Source: an uncultured Opitutaceae bacterium
Lineage (GTDB): Bacteria > Verrucomicrobiota > Verrucomicrobiia > Opitutales > Opitutaceae
DNA: 53,995 bases
Direction of reading: 5' to 3'
NCBI GenBank assembly: GCA_964517665.1
Contig: CAZFCY010000010.1
Span: forward strand, 1,237 to 55,231
This document shows, piece after piece, positions 29,286-38,984 of this stretch. Made by a program: the position numbers and the translations under genes. The notes beneath the pieces were generated by a model. It saw only the letters and a program-made list of their open reading frames with translations. It ran no database searches and was not told the DNA's origin. Each line of letters begins with the position of its first letter. The stretch's first letter is position 1.

Positions 29286-30068
29286 ATGCACCCCGTCATC
29301 TCGCATTCCCTGCGCACAGGTGTCGCCCTGCTGTTTTCATCGTCGATAGCGTTTGCCGCCACGACTCCGCCGAAGCTCACCCATTCGGTTTCCCCGGTTC
29401 ACCCGGAGGCGTTGATGGCCGGTGGCGTCAACGGAAGCGCGAAACTGAGCTTTCGCATCACCGAGGCGGGAAAGGTGGCCGAACCCGAGGTCGTCGAGGC
29501 CACCGATCCGGCTTTCGGAGAGGCGGCGAAGGAAGCGATCGTGCAATGGGTCTTCGATCCGGCGACCCGCGATGGCCAGCCGGTCGCGATCAAGGTGAGC
29601 CAGGAATTCAAGTTCGAGATTCCCGTCGAAAAACGGCTCGAGATGATGGTCGGCCATCCTGTCGTGGCCGAGATCAAGGGAGAGCTTGTCGATGCCAGGT
29701 CGCTCGGGAAAGAGCCGAAACCGGTCGAGCCCATCGTGCCGTTGTACCCGAAGACGCTCGTCGGGTCGGGCAAGAAGGGGATGGTCCGCCTGAAGTTTGT
29801 CGTGACCACCGAGGGAGTGCCCGTGAATCCGGAGATCGTCTCGAGTGAAGGCGACCCGGCGTTCAGGAGCATCGCGATCATCTGCGCGCTGAAATCGCGT
29901 TGGGATCCGATCCTGAAGGACGGAAAACCCGTCAACGTGACGATCACCACGGCCTTGCGTTTCAGGGAGCCCGCCCCGGCGGGACGGCGTGGCCGTAGCG
30001 GAGGTGGTGGTGGCAGAGGAGGCGAGGGCGGTGGTGGTGGTGGCGACGGCGGCGACGGAGAGGTGTGA
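29286..30068 (+). CDS. TonB-family protein with two TonB C-terminal domains
   Basis: Signal peptide; PVHPE..G.AKLSFRITEAGKV..W.FDPATRDGQPV and PLYPK..G.VRLKFVVTTEG..WDPILKDGKPV; Gly-rich tail. Confidence 0.88.
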   Translation: MHPVISHSLRTGVALLFSSSIAFAATTPPKLTHSVSPVHPEALMAGGVNGSAKLSFRITEAGKVAEPEVVEATDPAFGEAAKEAIVQWVFDPATRDGQPVAIKVSQEFKFEIPVEKRLEMMVGHPVVAEIKGELVDARSLGKEPKPVEPIVPLYPKTLVGSGKKGMVRLKFVVTTEGVPVNPEIVSSEGDPAFRSIAIICALKSRWDPILKDGKPVNVTITTALRFREPAPAGRRGRSGGGGGRGGEGGGGGGDGGDGEV

Positions 30069-30090
30069 GCGCGCAATTGGTCGCGTGATC

Positions 30091-30564
30091 TCAGAGTCTC
30101 GCGATCGCCTCGCGCACCTGCGCGGCATGGTCGGCGGTGTCCACTTTGGGGATGACGGCCGATACCGTGCCACCGGGTTTCACGATGTAGGCCGCGCGCG
30201 CGGGGCCGAAGAACTTCCGGCCGTACATCGACTTCTCGACGATCGCATCGACGCTTTTTGAAAACGCGTCCTCCGGATCCGAGACGAGGGTGAACGCGAC
30301 ACCCATCTTGTCCGCATATTTCAGATGCGAGCCGCGCGTGTCGCGGCTGATCGCGATGACGTTGAAGCCGGCCCGGTCGAACTCCGGCGCGGCGTTCGCG
30401 AGGCTCGCGACCTGGCGATCGCACGAGCCGGTGTTGTTGCGCATGTAAACGGAAACGATGCTCGGCCGGGTGAGGAGTTCTCCGAGGGCAACCTCCTCTT
30501 TTCGGCCACCGCGCACGACCTCGAGGCGCAGGGAAACATCGAGCTTTTCTCCGACCGCAATCAT
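30091..30564 (-). CDS. peroxiredoxin (BCP/PrxQ-like)
   Basis: TGSC, VIAISRD..SHLKYADK, LVSDP, EKSMYGRKFFG..R. Confidence 0.88.
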   Translation of the reverse strand: MIAVGEKLDVSLRLEVVRGGRKEEVALGELLTRPSIVSVYMRNNTGSCDRQVASLANAAPEFDRAGFNVIAISRDTRGSHLKYADKMGVAFTLVSDPEDAFSKSVDAIVEKSMYGRKFFGPARAAYIVKPGGTVSAVIPKVDTADHAAQVREAIARL

Positions 30565-30627
30565 CGCCGCGCGAGTGAGCCCGCCCGCCCCGCGGAGTCA
30601 ACCCGCTCGCATCCAGTCGGTAGGCGC

Positions 30628-30669
30628 AAAGCCGGAATAATGTCTCGTACGTTACAGGATTGTGGCTTT
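30628..30669. repeat. 42-bp dispersed palindromic element, copy 2
   Basis: AAAGCC GGAATAA TGTCTCGTACGTTACA GGATTGT GGCTTT; 4 bp after the nucleotidyltransferase stop. Confidence 0.9.
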
Positions 30670-30673
30670 TGGG

Positions 30674-31396
30674 TCAGGGGTCGAGGGGGCGGAGGTTTTC
30701 GGGGCGGCCGGCGTCGCGCCAGCGGGCGTGGTCGGCGCGGAAGGCGCGGACGGGGGGCGGGGTGTTTGCCGGGGCGGTTGCGCTGAGGCGAAGGTAGGCG
30801 TCGATGATCGAGAAGGCGGCGTCGTCGGGCAATTGCTGGAGCAGGCGCGGGCCGATGACGTGGATGCCGCAGAAACCGAGCGCGGCGACTTCGCCCGCGG
30901 GCGGCCTGACGAGCGTGTCGCTGTTCGCGTCGCGCCGGCCGCAGAGCGCGCCGCCGGCGTCGAACAGGAGGGGGCGCTTCGTTTCGCGTTGCTTGCAGGC
31001 AAGCGTGGCGAGCGCGCCCGAGGCGCGGTGCGCGCGCATCATGGCGGCGAGGTCGAAGTCGCTGAGGACATCGACGTTGTGGACGAAGAACGGGCGATCG
31101 TCGTTTTCGAAAAACCAGGCGGCATGTTTCAACGCGCCTCCGGTGTCGAGCAACGTGGCTTCACGGGAGAAGGCCACGCGCAGGCCGAACGCGCCATGGC
31201 GCGCGATCCAGGCCTCCACCTGCTCGCCGAAATGGTGGAGGTTGATCACGACCTCGGTCGCGCCCGCGGCGGCGAGGCGTTTCAGGACGATGGCAAGGAG
31301 CGGCTCGCCGGCGACCTCGGCGAGCGCCTTCGGCCGCGAGTCGGTGAGCGGGCGCAGCCGGGCGCCGAGGCCGGCGGCGAGGACCATGGCCTTCAT
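30674..31396 (-). CDS. nucleotidyltransferase (MurU-like sugar-1-phosphate nucleotidyltransferase)
   Basis: MKAMVLAAGLGARLRPLTDSRPKAL, INLHH, LLDTGGAL, NVD; overlaps the stop of the AmgK-like kinase. Confidence 0.9.
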   Translation of the reverse strand: MKAMVLAAGLGARLRPLTDSRPKALAEVAGEPLLAIVLKRLAAAGATEVVINLHHFGEQVEAWIARHGAFGLRVAFSREATLLDTGGALKHAAWFFENDDRPFFVHNVDVLSDFDLAAMMRAHRASGALATLACKQRETKRPLLFDAGGALCGRRDANSDTLVRPPAGEVAALGFCGIHVIGPRLLQQLPDDAAFSIIDAYLRLSATAPANTPPPVRAFRADHARWRDAGRPENLRPLDP

Positions 31397-32874
31397 CTCG
31401 CGGGCTCCGGTTCTGTCGTTGATTTCTGGATACGCTTCACGTCGCGATGGCGCAGATCGACGCGAACACCGTCGCGCTGCGCGAGGCGCTGCGCGAGCTG
31501 TGTCGCGCAGTAAACGGAGCGGTGTTGTCCGCCGGTGCATCCGAAGGAGATGGAAAGATGCGTGAAGTTCCGGCGCGCGTAGCCCTCCACGACCTGGCCG
31601 ACGAGGTCGCGCACGCGGGCGAGGAAGCTGTGAACCTCGTCGCGGGATTCCAGCCACGCGACGACTTCGGCGTCGTCCCCGGCGAGTTCGGCGTAGCGCG
31701 CTTCGCGGCCGGGGTTGGGCAGTATCCGGCAATCGAATACAAAGCCGCCGCCGTGGCCGGACTCGTCGCGAGGCTGCCCCTGTTTATAGGAGAAACTCTC
31801 GACGCGCACCGTGAGCGGCAGCGGCACGCGCGCGATCTCGCGCAGCCGGGTCGAGCGGACGATGTGTTGCAGCGCGTCGAAGAGCGCGGGCAGCTTCACG
31901 GGAATCCGCGCGGAGCCGAGGAGCGATTCGAGGTTGCGGATCGCGTAGGGCACGCTCTGGAGGAAATGCGTCTTGCGTTCGTAGAATCCGCGAAACCCAT
32001 ACGCGCCCATCGCCTGGAGGATGCGGATGAGCATGAATCCGTCGAGGTGCTCGAGAAACTGCTCGCGGGGCGCCGGCTGGTGTTTCTCCAGCGCATGCAG
32101 GTAAACGTCAACGAGGCGCGCGCGAAACGCCATCGGCAGGTCCGCCTTCGCGTCGACGAGCAGCGAGGCGAGGTCGTAGTGCAGCGCGCCGCGGCGTCCG
32201 CCCTGATAGTCGATGAACCACGGCGCGCCGTCGCGCACCATGATGTTTCGTGATTGGAAATCGCGGTAGACAAAGAAGTCCGCGGGCGCGCCGAGCAGGA
32301 AGTCGGTCAACGCGATAAAGTCGTCCTCGAGCGCCTGTTCGTGAAACGGCGTCTGCGCGAGCTTGAGGAAGTAATATTTGAAATAGTTGAGGTCCCACAT
32401 CATCGACTGCCGGTCGAAGCGCGGCCTCGGGTAACAGAGGGATTCGTCGATGCCGCGGCCGGCGCGGACTTGAAATTCTGGGAGCATGCGCGCGACGGTC
32501 TCGTAGATCGCGGCGACGGCGGGGGGGACGTCGCCGTTGCCGGGCTGGCGGCTGGCGGCCAGAAACTCGAAAAGCGTCGTGTCGCCGAGGTCTTCCTCGA
32601 GGTAGGCCGTGAGATCGGGCGACTCCGCGAGAATGTCGGGGACCGGAAGGCCCTCGGCGCGGAAGTGCTTCGAGAAACCAAGAAACGCGCGATTCTCGGA
32701 AACATCGGCGTTTACGACCCCGATCACGGAACGGCCGGCGCCGCGCAGGCGGTGGATGCGGCGGTCGGAGCCGCTGGCCGCGAGGGGCTCGATCGATTGC
32801 GGAGCGGTTCCGAAATGCGAAGTGTAAAGGCCTGCGAGCTTCGGCGAGTCGGATGATGGCGAGGTGTTGCCCAC
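31393..32874 (-). CDS. AmgK-like amino-sugar phosphotransferase fused to a RapZ C-terminal domain
   Basis: ASGSDRRIHR, EDLGD, YRDFQSRNIM, IDYQG, YDLASLL; C-terminal SFSYKQG..FVFDCRILPNP..FGCTGGQHRSV. Confidence 0.9.
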   Translation of the reverse strand: MGNTSPSSDSPKLAGLYTSHFGTAPQSIEPLAASGSDRRIHRLRGAGRSVIGVVNADVSENRAFLGFSKHFRAEGLPVPDILAESPDLTAYLEEDLGDTTLFEFLAASRQPGNGDVPPAVAAIYETVARMLPEFQVRAGRGIDESLCYPRPRFDRQSMMWDLNYFKYYFLKLAQTPFHEQALEDDFIALTDFLLGAPADFFVYRDFQSRNIMVRDGAPWFIDYQGGRRGALHYDLASLLVDAKADLPMAFRARLVDVYLHALEKHQPAPREQFLEHLDGFMLIRILQAMGAYGFRGFYERKTHFLQSVPYAIRNLESLLGSARIPVKLPALFDALQHIVRSTRLREIARVPLPLTVRVESFSYKQGQPRDESGHGGGFVFDCRILPNPGREARYAELAGDDAEVVAWLESRDEVHSFLARVRDLVGQVVEGYARRNFTHLSISFGCTGGQHRSVYCATQLAQRLAQRDGVRVDLRHRDVKRIQKSTTEPEPAR

Positions 32875-33130
32875 GTGTGGAGAGTGGAGGTTCTTGCGCG
32901 TGAGCCGCCACCCCAAAAAAGCACGAGGAGTGTCCTCCACGACGAGGCGGAAACCCTGCCCCATTCCCTTGCCTCGTCGGCCGCTCCACGATCCCTGACT
33001 GCCCGTCGCCGTCAGGCGGCTTTGGGCATGCGTCTGGCCGGCGTAGCGGCATGGCGCAATGCGCACGGCCAAGCCCGACCGTCCCGACGTGATCGAGCGG
33101 GCGTTGAGCGACGCGCTCGCCGCAGCGGCT

Positions 33131-36100
33131 TCAGGGCACGGCGTAGATTTCGATCAGCGCGGAGCCGAGTTCGCGGGCGGAGAGCTGGATGGTGTAGCGG
33201 CCCTTGGGCAGGGTCACGAGCAACGCCGAATCCTTGCTTTCGGCCGGAAGAGGGAACGCCTTTGCCGCGGTCGTCGCGGCCGAAATCGTCGCGGTCGATG
33301 AGCCGTTGGTCTGCGCGGCCCAGTCGTCGTTTTCGCCGAGGATCGCGCCTTTCCCATCGTAAACGCCGACCCGCGGATCCGAGGTCGCATCGGCGACTCC
33401 GAAGGCGGCGAGGCCGGGGCCGATGCCGCGGACCAGGATGGTTTGCGGCTCATGGCTCTCGATGACGAAGCCGGCGACGAGGATTGAATCGCCTGCGCCG
33501 ACCGGGCCGCGCACGGAGACATTGGCCAGCGTGCCGTTCGTGCCGGCCGCGGGCACGAGATAAACCTCGCCCAACGCGACGCCGCCGAGCCCGCCTTGAT
33601 CCGTGAGGTGCGCGGTGTAGGCGCCCGGAGCGAGCGTCACGACGGCGGCGGCATCGAGGGCGGCCGGATCGAGATCGAAGGCGCCTGTCTTGGAAGTTGC
33701 CTCCGTGACCGAGGCGCTGCCGGCCCAGGCGGCGGCCTGCTGGACGATGCGCCCCGCGGAGTCGTAGAGGTTGAGGATCGGAGCCTCGAGCGGCTCGTCC
33801 ACTCCGAAGGCGGCGAGGCCGGGGCCGACCGCGCGGAGGAGGATCTCCCGAGGCCCGTCGCCCGCGACGACGAATCCGGTGATGAGCGGCTCGGTTGCCA
33901 GCGGGTAGCCGCGGCCGGAAAGGTTGATCACGCCGAAGGAGGCGCTGTCGCTTCCGCCGCCGGGAAGGATGACCTCGTCGCCGGCGCCCGGGCCGTTATC
34001 GCCGCCGGCGCCATCGGAACCGGAACCGCCGCCGGACGGCGTGTCGCCGCCGCCTCCGTTGCCATGGCCGGAACCGCCGTCGGAGCCGGAGGGATTGCCG
34101 CCATCTCCATTGCCGTGCGAAGCGGGAAGCACAAACGAGGCCGCGGGTGTCGCGCCGAAGAATTGCGCTTCGGCTCCACGCGCGCCGCCGGAGCCGTACT
34201 GGCTCGTCGCCGTCAGGCCATCGACACGCAGGTAATATGTGCTCGCGGCCGGAAGGGAAAGCCCGGTCACGCGCCATTCGCCGGGATTGCCGGTGCGCGT
34301 GCCGGCGCCGAGCAGGGTCCATGTTTTCGCGTCTTCGGAATAGGAAAACTGCACCGAGGAATAATCCCCGCTCGCGCCGCCGACGGAGAGCGTGGCGGCC
34401 GTCAGGCCCGCATCGACGGAAATGACTTCCGAACTGAGCGAGACCGAGGAGAGCCGGGCGATGAAGGGCCGGGAAACGCCCGCGATCTCGGAGAAACCGC
34501 CGCCGACCACGAGGCCGCCGTTGTATTGCAGCGCGAGCGCGCGCACGGGGCCGTCGGCGTTGGCGGTGTAGGAGGTGTCGAGCGTGCCGTCGATCTCGAG
34601 CCGCGCCACGCCCGCGCGGGCGGCTCCGCCGATCTGGGCGAACGCGCCGCCGGCGATGACGCGGCCGTCGCCTTGTAGTGCCAGGGCGGATACGGGGGCG
34701 TCGGGCGCGGGCGCGTAGGAGGCGTCGAGCGTGCCGTCCGCGTTCAGGCGCGCGAGATAGGGCCGCGCCGCGCCGTTGACGGTCGTGAAGGCGCCGCCGA
34801 TCACGAACCTGCCGTCCGCCTGGGCGACGATCGCGTCGACCGCCCCATCCACGGCGGCGGAGAACGATCCATCGAGCGTGCCGGCCGCGGTGAGGACGGC
34901 GATGCGCTGGGCGGCGGCTCCGCCGATCGTGGTGAACTCGCCACCCGCGGCGATGCGGCCGTCCGGCAGGATCACGACGGCGTGCACGGCGGCATCGGCG
35001 GCGGGGTCGAAGCTCGCGTCGAGTTCGCCCGAAGTGCTCATGCGCGCGAGGCGCAGGCGCGGCGTTTCCGATATTGCGGTGAACGCGCCCGCCACGACGA
35101 CGGCGCGGTCGGGCTGCATCGCCATGGCGTGGACCGCGCCATCCGGCTGGAGAGGGAAGGTGACGTCGACGAGGCCGTTGCTGTAGAGCCGGGCGAGGTT
35201 GGCCACGGGTGTTTCCGAGAAGTTCTGGAATTCGCCGCCGACCAGCGTCAGCGCCTCGGGGAAAAGCAGGCTGTGATTGCCGCCGACGGCGAAAGACCCA
35301 TCGGGGAACAGCGCGATGGTGGAGATCGTGCCGTCGGGAATCGGATTGAAGGTCGGATCGATCGTCCCGTCGGCGTTCAGGCGGGCGAGGCTGGATTTGA
35401 AAATCGGATCCGCGTTCTCGTCGGGCAGGAAATAAGAGAACGAACCACCGATGAGGATGCGCCCATCGCTCTGCACCTCGATCGAGTTGACCGCGCCTCC
35501 CGGGGCGGGATCGAAGGCGGCGTCGAGCGTGCCATCGGTGTTGAGGCGCGCGAGGTAGGGATGCACGACGGCGCTGGCGTCGGGGTTGTTCTGGATCGAG
35601 GTGAACGTGCCGGCGACGAGGATCTTGCCGTCGCCGAGCACGGCGATGTCCGAGACGTTGCTGTTCGCGCGTCCGGTGAAGCTGGCGTCGGCCGCGCCGT
35701 TGGCTTCGAGGCGCGCCATGTAGGAGCGCGTCGTGCCGCTGATCGCGGTGAACTGGCCGCCGATGAGGATCTTGCCATCCGACTGCAGCGTGATGACCGA
35801 GACGGAGCTGTTGACCCCCGGGGTGAATCCCGTGTCGAGCGTGCCGTCGGCGTTGAGCCGGGCCATGTAGGCGCGCGAAGTCGAGGCTGCCGCGGCGTTG
35901 GGCTGGAAGGTGGTGAAGGACCCGCCGAGGAGGATTTTGCCGTCGGAGAGCTGCCGGATGACCGAGACGGTGCTGTTTGCGTTCGGATCGAAAGCGGTGT
36001 CGAGCGTGCCGTCGGCGTTGAGGCGCGCGATGTGGTTGCGGGTGGCCTCGCCGATCCTGGTGAAATCGCCGCCGATGAGGATCTTGCCATCGGTCTGCGC

Positions 36101-38965
36101 GACGATGGTGAAGACGTCGTCGTTGGGAGCCGGGGCAAACGAGGTGTCGACCGAGCCGTCGGCGTTGAAGCGCACGAGATTCGAGCCGACGCCAAACGAG
36201 TTGCCGATCGAGCCGCCGACGAGGAGTTTGCCGTCACTCTGCCGGGCGATGGCATAAACCGTTCCCGAAAGGGTCGAGGCGTTCGTGGGATCGAAGGCGG
36301 GGAGCAGATTGCCCTCGGCCGTCAACCAGCCGACCGGGCCGCCGGCCGCATCGACGTCGCTGCTCGCCGGCAGGATGAGGACGGAGTTGACCGCGCCATC
36401 GGGCTTGGCGAAGAAACCGCGGTCGGGCGAGCCGTCGGCATCGACGCGCAGGAGGTTCTGATTCTCGGAGCCGATCAGGCCGTTGAAAGAGCCGCCGACG
36501 ACCACGCGCCCATCGGGCTGCACCGCGATCGCGCCGGCATAGCCGCTCGTGTCCGGGCTCGTGCCGACCGCGAAATTCTCGTCGAAGGTTCCGTCGAGGT
36601 TGAAGCGCACGATCTGGCCCTCGGTCGCGACGCCGACGGCGTTGGGCGGCACGAGGATTCGGTCGAACGAACCGGCGACGAGCAGGCCGGACTCCTGCAA
36701 CGCGAGCATCGAGACGCCGGAATTGAAGCCGAACGCGCGGGCATCCGGCGCCGTGCCGTCGGCGTTCAGCCACGCGAAAAAGCGGCGGTTGCTCGCGGTC
36801 TCCGCGTCGTTGGGCTGGAGGGTGGTGAAGTTGCCGGTGATCGCGATCGTGCCGTCGGGCAGCAGGGCGATGTTCGAGACGAGGGCGTTCGCGTTCGGAT
36901 CGAAGGCGGTGTCCACCGTGCCATCGGCGTTGAGCCGCGCGATGCGGTTGCGCACCGTGATCTCGGTCGCGCCGCTCGGAGCGAGCCCGGTGAAGAGCCC
37001 GCCGATGACGATCTTGCCGTCGGACTGCACCGCGATGGCGTCCACCGTGCTGTTGAGCGAGACGTTGAAATCCGGATCGACCGTGCCGTCGGCGTTGAGC
37101 CGCGCGAAGTAGGAGCGGCCGATGGCGTTGCCGGAGCCGCCGGGGCGGAGCGAGGTGAACTGGCCGCCGATGAGGATCTTGCCGTCGGGCTGGAGGGCGA
37201 TCGCGCCGACGAGGCTTCCCGCGCTGGGATTGAAGGCGTCGACGGTGCCGTCGGCGTTGAGCCGCGCGATGAAGTTGCGCGGCTGGGCCTCGGTCGCGCC
37301 GTTCGGCGTGAACGAGGTGAACGTGCCGGCGACGACCGCCTTGCCGTCGCTTTGCAGGACCAGGTCGGTGACGGCGGCGTTCGCCTTCGGGTCGTAGGCG
37401 CCATCGAGCGAGCCGTCGGCGTTGAGCCGCGCGATGAACTGCCGGGTTTCGCCGTCGATCCGGGTGAAGTTGCCGGCGACCACGAGCTTGCCGTCGGACT
37501 GCAGCCCGATGGCGCTGATCGCGTTGTTGAATTCCGGCGCGAAACTCAGGTCCACTTCGCCGGCCGCCGTGACGCGCGCGATGTAGGAGCGGGTGACGCC
37601 TGCGATGGCGGCAAAACTGCCCGCGTAGATCGCGCCGCCATCCGGGAGGCGAACGGAGGCGTTGATCGTGCCGCCGTTGTTCACGTTGAAGGCGGAGTCG
37701 AGCGAGCCGTTCGGTTGCAGGCGCGCGACGCGGCGGCGCGGAAGCGAGGAGGATGATCCGGCGCCCTGCACCCGCATGAAGGCCCCGCCGATGACGATCG
37801 AGCCGTCCGGCTCCACCGCGAGGGCGTGAACCGCCGCGGTCGGCACGGCGGAAAACGAGAAGTCGAGCGAACCGCCGGGCATGAGCCGCGCGACGAAGTT
37901 TTTCGTGATCGTGCTCTTGTTCGAACGGGAGAAGAAGCTTCCGAAACTTCCGCCCAGCAGGATCCGGCCGTCGGCCTGCGTCGCGATGGCGTTCACCGGG
38001 CCGTTTGGAATCACGTCGAAACCGGCATCGAACGCGCCCGTCGGATCGAGGCGGAAGAGATGAGGCGCGGTCGTCGCCGCGCCCGAGCCGATCGTGACGG
38101 TGAGGAAGTCGCCGCCGACGAGGATCGAACCGTCGGCCTGCGCGTGGAGCGCGGTGACGCGGTTGTTCGGCTGAACGGAAAACGATGTGTCCACCGTGCC
38201 GTCGGCATTGAGCCGCGCCAGCCGCGTCATGGCCACGGGGGCAGCCGCGCCGTTGGGCTGCAGGGTGAGGAAACCGCCGCCGACGAGAATCCGTCCGTCG
38301 GCGGCGAGCGCGAGCGCGAGCACGACGTTGCTCGCGTTCGGGTCGAACGCCGGATCGATGGTGCCGTCGGTGTTGAGGCGCGCGATGCGGTTGCGCGCGA
38401 TGATCGCGCCCGTGGCGTTGGGCTGGAAGCCGGAGAAGCCGCCGCCGATGATGATCCTGCCGTCGGCCTGCTGCGCCATCGCGCGGACGAGGGCCTGCGG
38501 AAAGGCGCTGCCCTGCGGATTCGGGTCGTAGGTCAGGTCGAGCTGGCCGTCGGGCATGAGCCGCGCGAGGCCGTTGCGCGCGATCGGATCCGCGGCGGCG
38601 TCGGAGCGCACGGTCGTGAATTTGCCTCCCACCACGATCCTGCCGTCGGGCTGGAGCACGATGGAGGAGACATCGTTGTCGAACTCGGCCCGGAAGCCGG
38701 GATCGAGCGAGCCATCCGGGTTCAACCGCGCCATGCGCTGGCGGTCCGAGGGATCGCCGAGCTGGTTTGCGTTTACCGAAAGGAAGCCGCCTGCGATGAG
38801 GAGTTTTCCATCCGGCTGGCGGGCCATCGCGTACACGTTGCCGTCGACGTTTGGATCGTAACTGAGATTGGCGGACTGGGACCAGGCCGTGGGCAGCGCG
38901 AGCCCGGACAAGAGTGTCACCAGGGCAAGGACCCGGCCCGGGAAGGTGAGAGCAAGACGAGACAT
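33131..38965 (-). CDS. secreted delta-60-repeat beta-propeller protein with a tandem Opitutaceae-type C-terminal domain
   Basis: Signal peptide; 28 repeats of V..I..Q.DG.I..GG.F...ARLNADG.LD..F; Gly/Ser linker; duplicated NLSGRG/NVSVRG..GFV..RAVGPGL/RGIGPGL domain. Confidence 0.93.
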   Translation of the reverse strand: MSRLALTFPGRVLALVTLLSGLALPTAWSQSANLSYDPNVDGNVYAMARQPDGKLLIAGGFLSVNANQLGDPSDRQRMARLNPDGSLDPGFRAEFDNDVSSIVLQPDGRIVVGGKFTTVRSDAAADPIARNGLARLMPDGQLDLTYDPNPQGSAFPQALVRAMAQQADGRIIIGGGFSGFQPNATGAIIARNRIARLNTDGTIDPAFDPNASNVVLALALAADGRILVGGGFLTLQPNGAAAPVAMTRLARLNADGTVDTSFSVQPNNRVTALHAQADGSILVGGDFLTVTIGSGAATTAPHLFRLDPTGAFDAGFDVIPNGPVNAIATQADGRILLGGSFGSFFSRSNKSTITKNFVARLMPGGSLDFSFSAVPTAAVHALAVEPDGSIVIGGAFMRVQGAGSSSSLPRRRVARLQPNGSLDSAFNVNNGGTINASVRLPDGGAIYAGSFAAIAGVTRSYIARVTAAGEVDLSFAPEFNNAISAIGLQSDGKLVVAGNFTRIDGETRQFIARLNADGSLDGAYDPKANAAVTDLVLQSDGKAVVAGTFTSFTPNGATEAQPRNFIARLNADGTVDAFNPSAGSLVGAIALQPDGKILIGGQFTSLRPGGSGNAIGRSYFARLNADGTVDPDFNVSLNSTVDAIAVQSDGKIVIGGLFTGLAPSGATEITVRNRIARLNADGTVDTAFDPNANALVSNIALLPDGTIAITGNFTTLQPNDAETASNRRFFAWLNADGTAPDARAFGFNSGVSMLALQESGLLVAGSFDRILVPPNAVGVATEGQIVRFNLDGTFDENFAVGTSPDTSGYAGAIAVQPDGRVVVGGSFNGLIGSENQNLLRVDADGSPDRGFFAKPDGAVNSVLILPASSDVDAAGGPVGWLTAEGNLLPAFDPTNASTLSGTVYAIARQSDGKLLVGGSIGNSFGVGSNLVRFNADGSVDTSFAPAPNDDVFTIVAQTDGKILIGGDFTRIGEATRNHIARLNADGTLDTAFDPNANSTVSVIRQLSDGKILLGGSFTTFQPNAAAASTSRAYMARLNADGTLDTGFTPGVNSSVSVITLQSDGKILIGGQFTAISGTTRSYMARLEANGAADASFTGRANSNVSDIAVLGDGKILVAGTFTSIQNNPDASAVVHPYLARLNTDGTLDAAFDPAPGGAVNSIEVQSDGRILIGGSFSYFLPDENADPIFKSSLARLNADGTIDPTFNPIPDGTISTIALFPDGSFAVGGNHSLLFPEALTLVGGEFQNFSETPVANLARLYSNGLVDVTFPLQPDGAVHAMAMQPDRAVVVAGAFTAISETPRLRLARMSTSGELDASFDPAADAAVHAVVILPDGRIAAGGEFTTIGGAAAQRIAVLTAAGTLDGSFSAAVDGAVDAIVAQADGRFVIGGAFTTVNGAARPYLARLNADGTLDASYAPAPDAPVSALALQGDGRVIAGGAFAQIGGAARAGVARLEIDGTLDTSYTANADGPVRALALQYNGGLVVGGGFSEIAGVSRPFIARLSSVSLSSEVISVDAGLTAATLSVGGASGDYSSVQFSYSEDAKTWTLLGAGTRTGNPGEWRVTGLSLPAASTYYLRVDGLTATSQYGSGGARGAEAQFFGATPAASFVLPASHGNGDGGNPSGSDGGSGHGNGGGGDTPSGGGSGSDGAGGDNGPGAGDEVILPGGGSDSASFGVINLSGRGYPLATEPLITGFVVAGDGPREILLRAVGPGLAAFGVDEPLEAPILNLYDSAGRIVQQAAAWAGSASVTEATSKTGAFDLDPAALDAAAVVTLAPGAYTAHLTDQGGLGGVALGEVYLVPAAGTNGTLANVSVRGPVGAGDSILVAGFVIESHEPQTILVRGIGPGLAAFGVADATSDPRVGVYDGKGAILGENDDWAAQTNGSSTATISAATTAAKAFPLPAESKDSALLVTLPKGRYTIQLSARELGSALIEIYAVP

Positions 38966-38984
38966 ACGGGTGCGGGGAAAGAGG

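Noticed and set aside
34982..37756. Very long ORFs opposite or overlapping real genes (e.g. 34982-37756 +, 23993-26278 +, 15317-17392 +, 42573-44675 +, 49807-52410 -, 27265-29253 -)
   Set aside because: Shadow frames expected at high GC. They are Arg/Gly/Ala-rich, carry no motifs, and overlap well-supported genes.
34400..38850. Recurring DNA words such as GTGCCGTCGGCGTTGAGCCGCGCG as a DGR or recombination cassette
   Set aside because: They simply encode the ARLNADGT protein repeat. There is no reverse transcriptase and no adenine-specific TR/VR pair.
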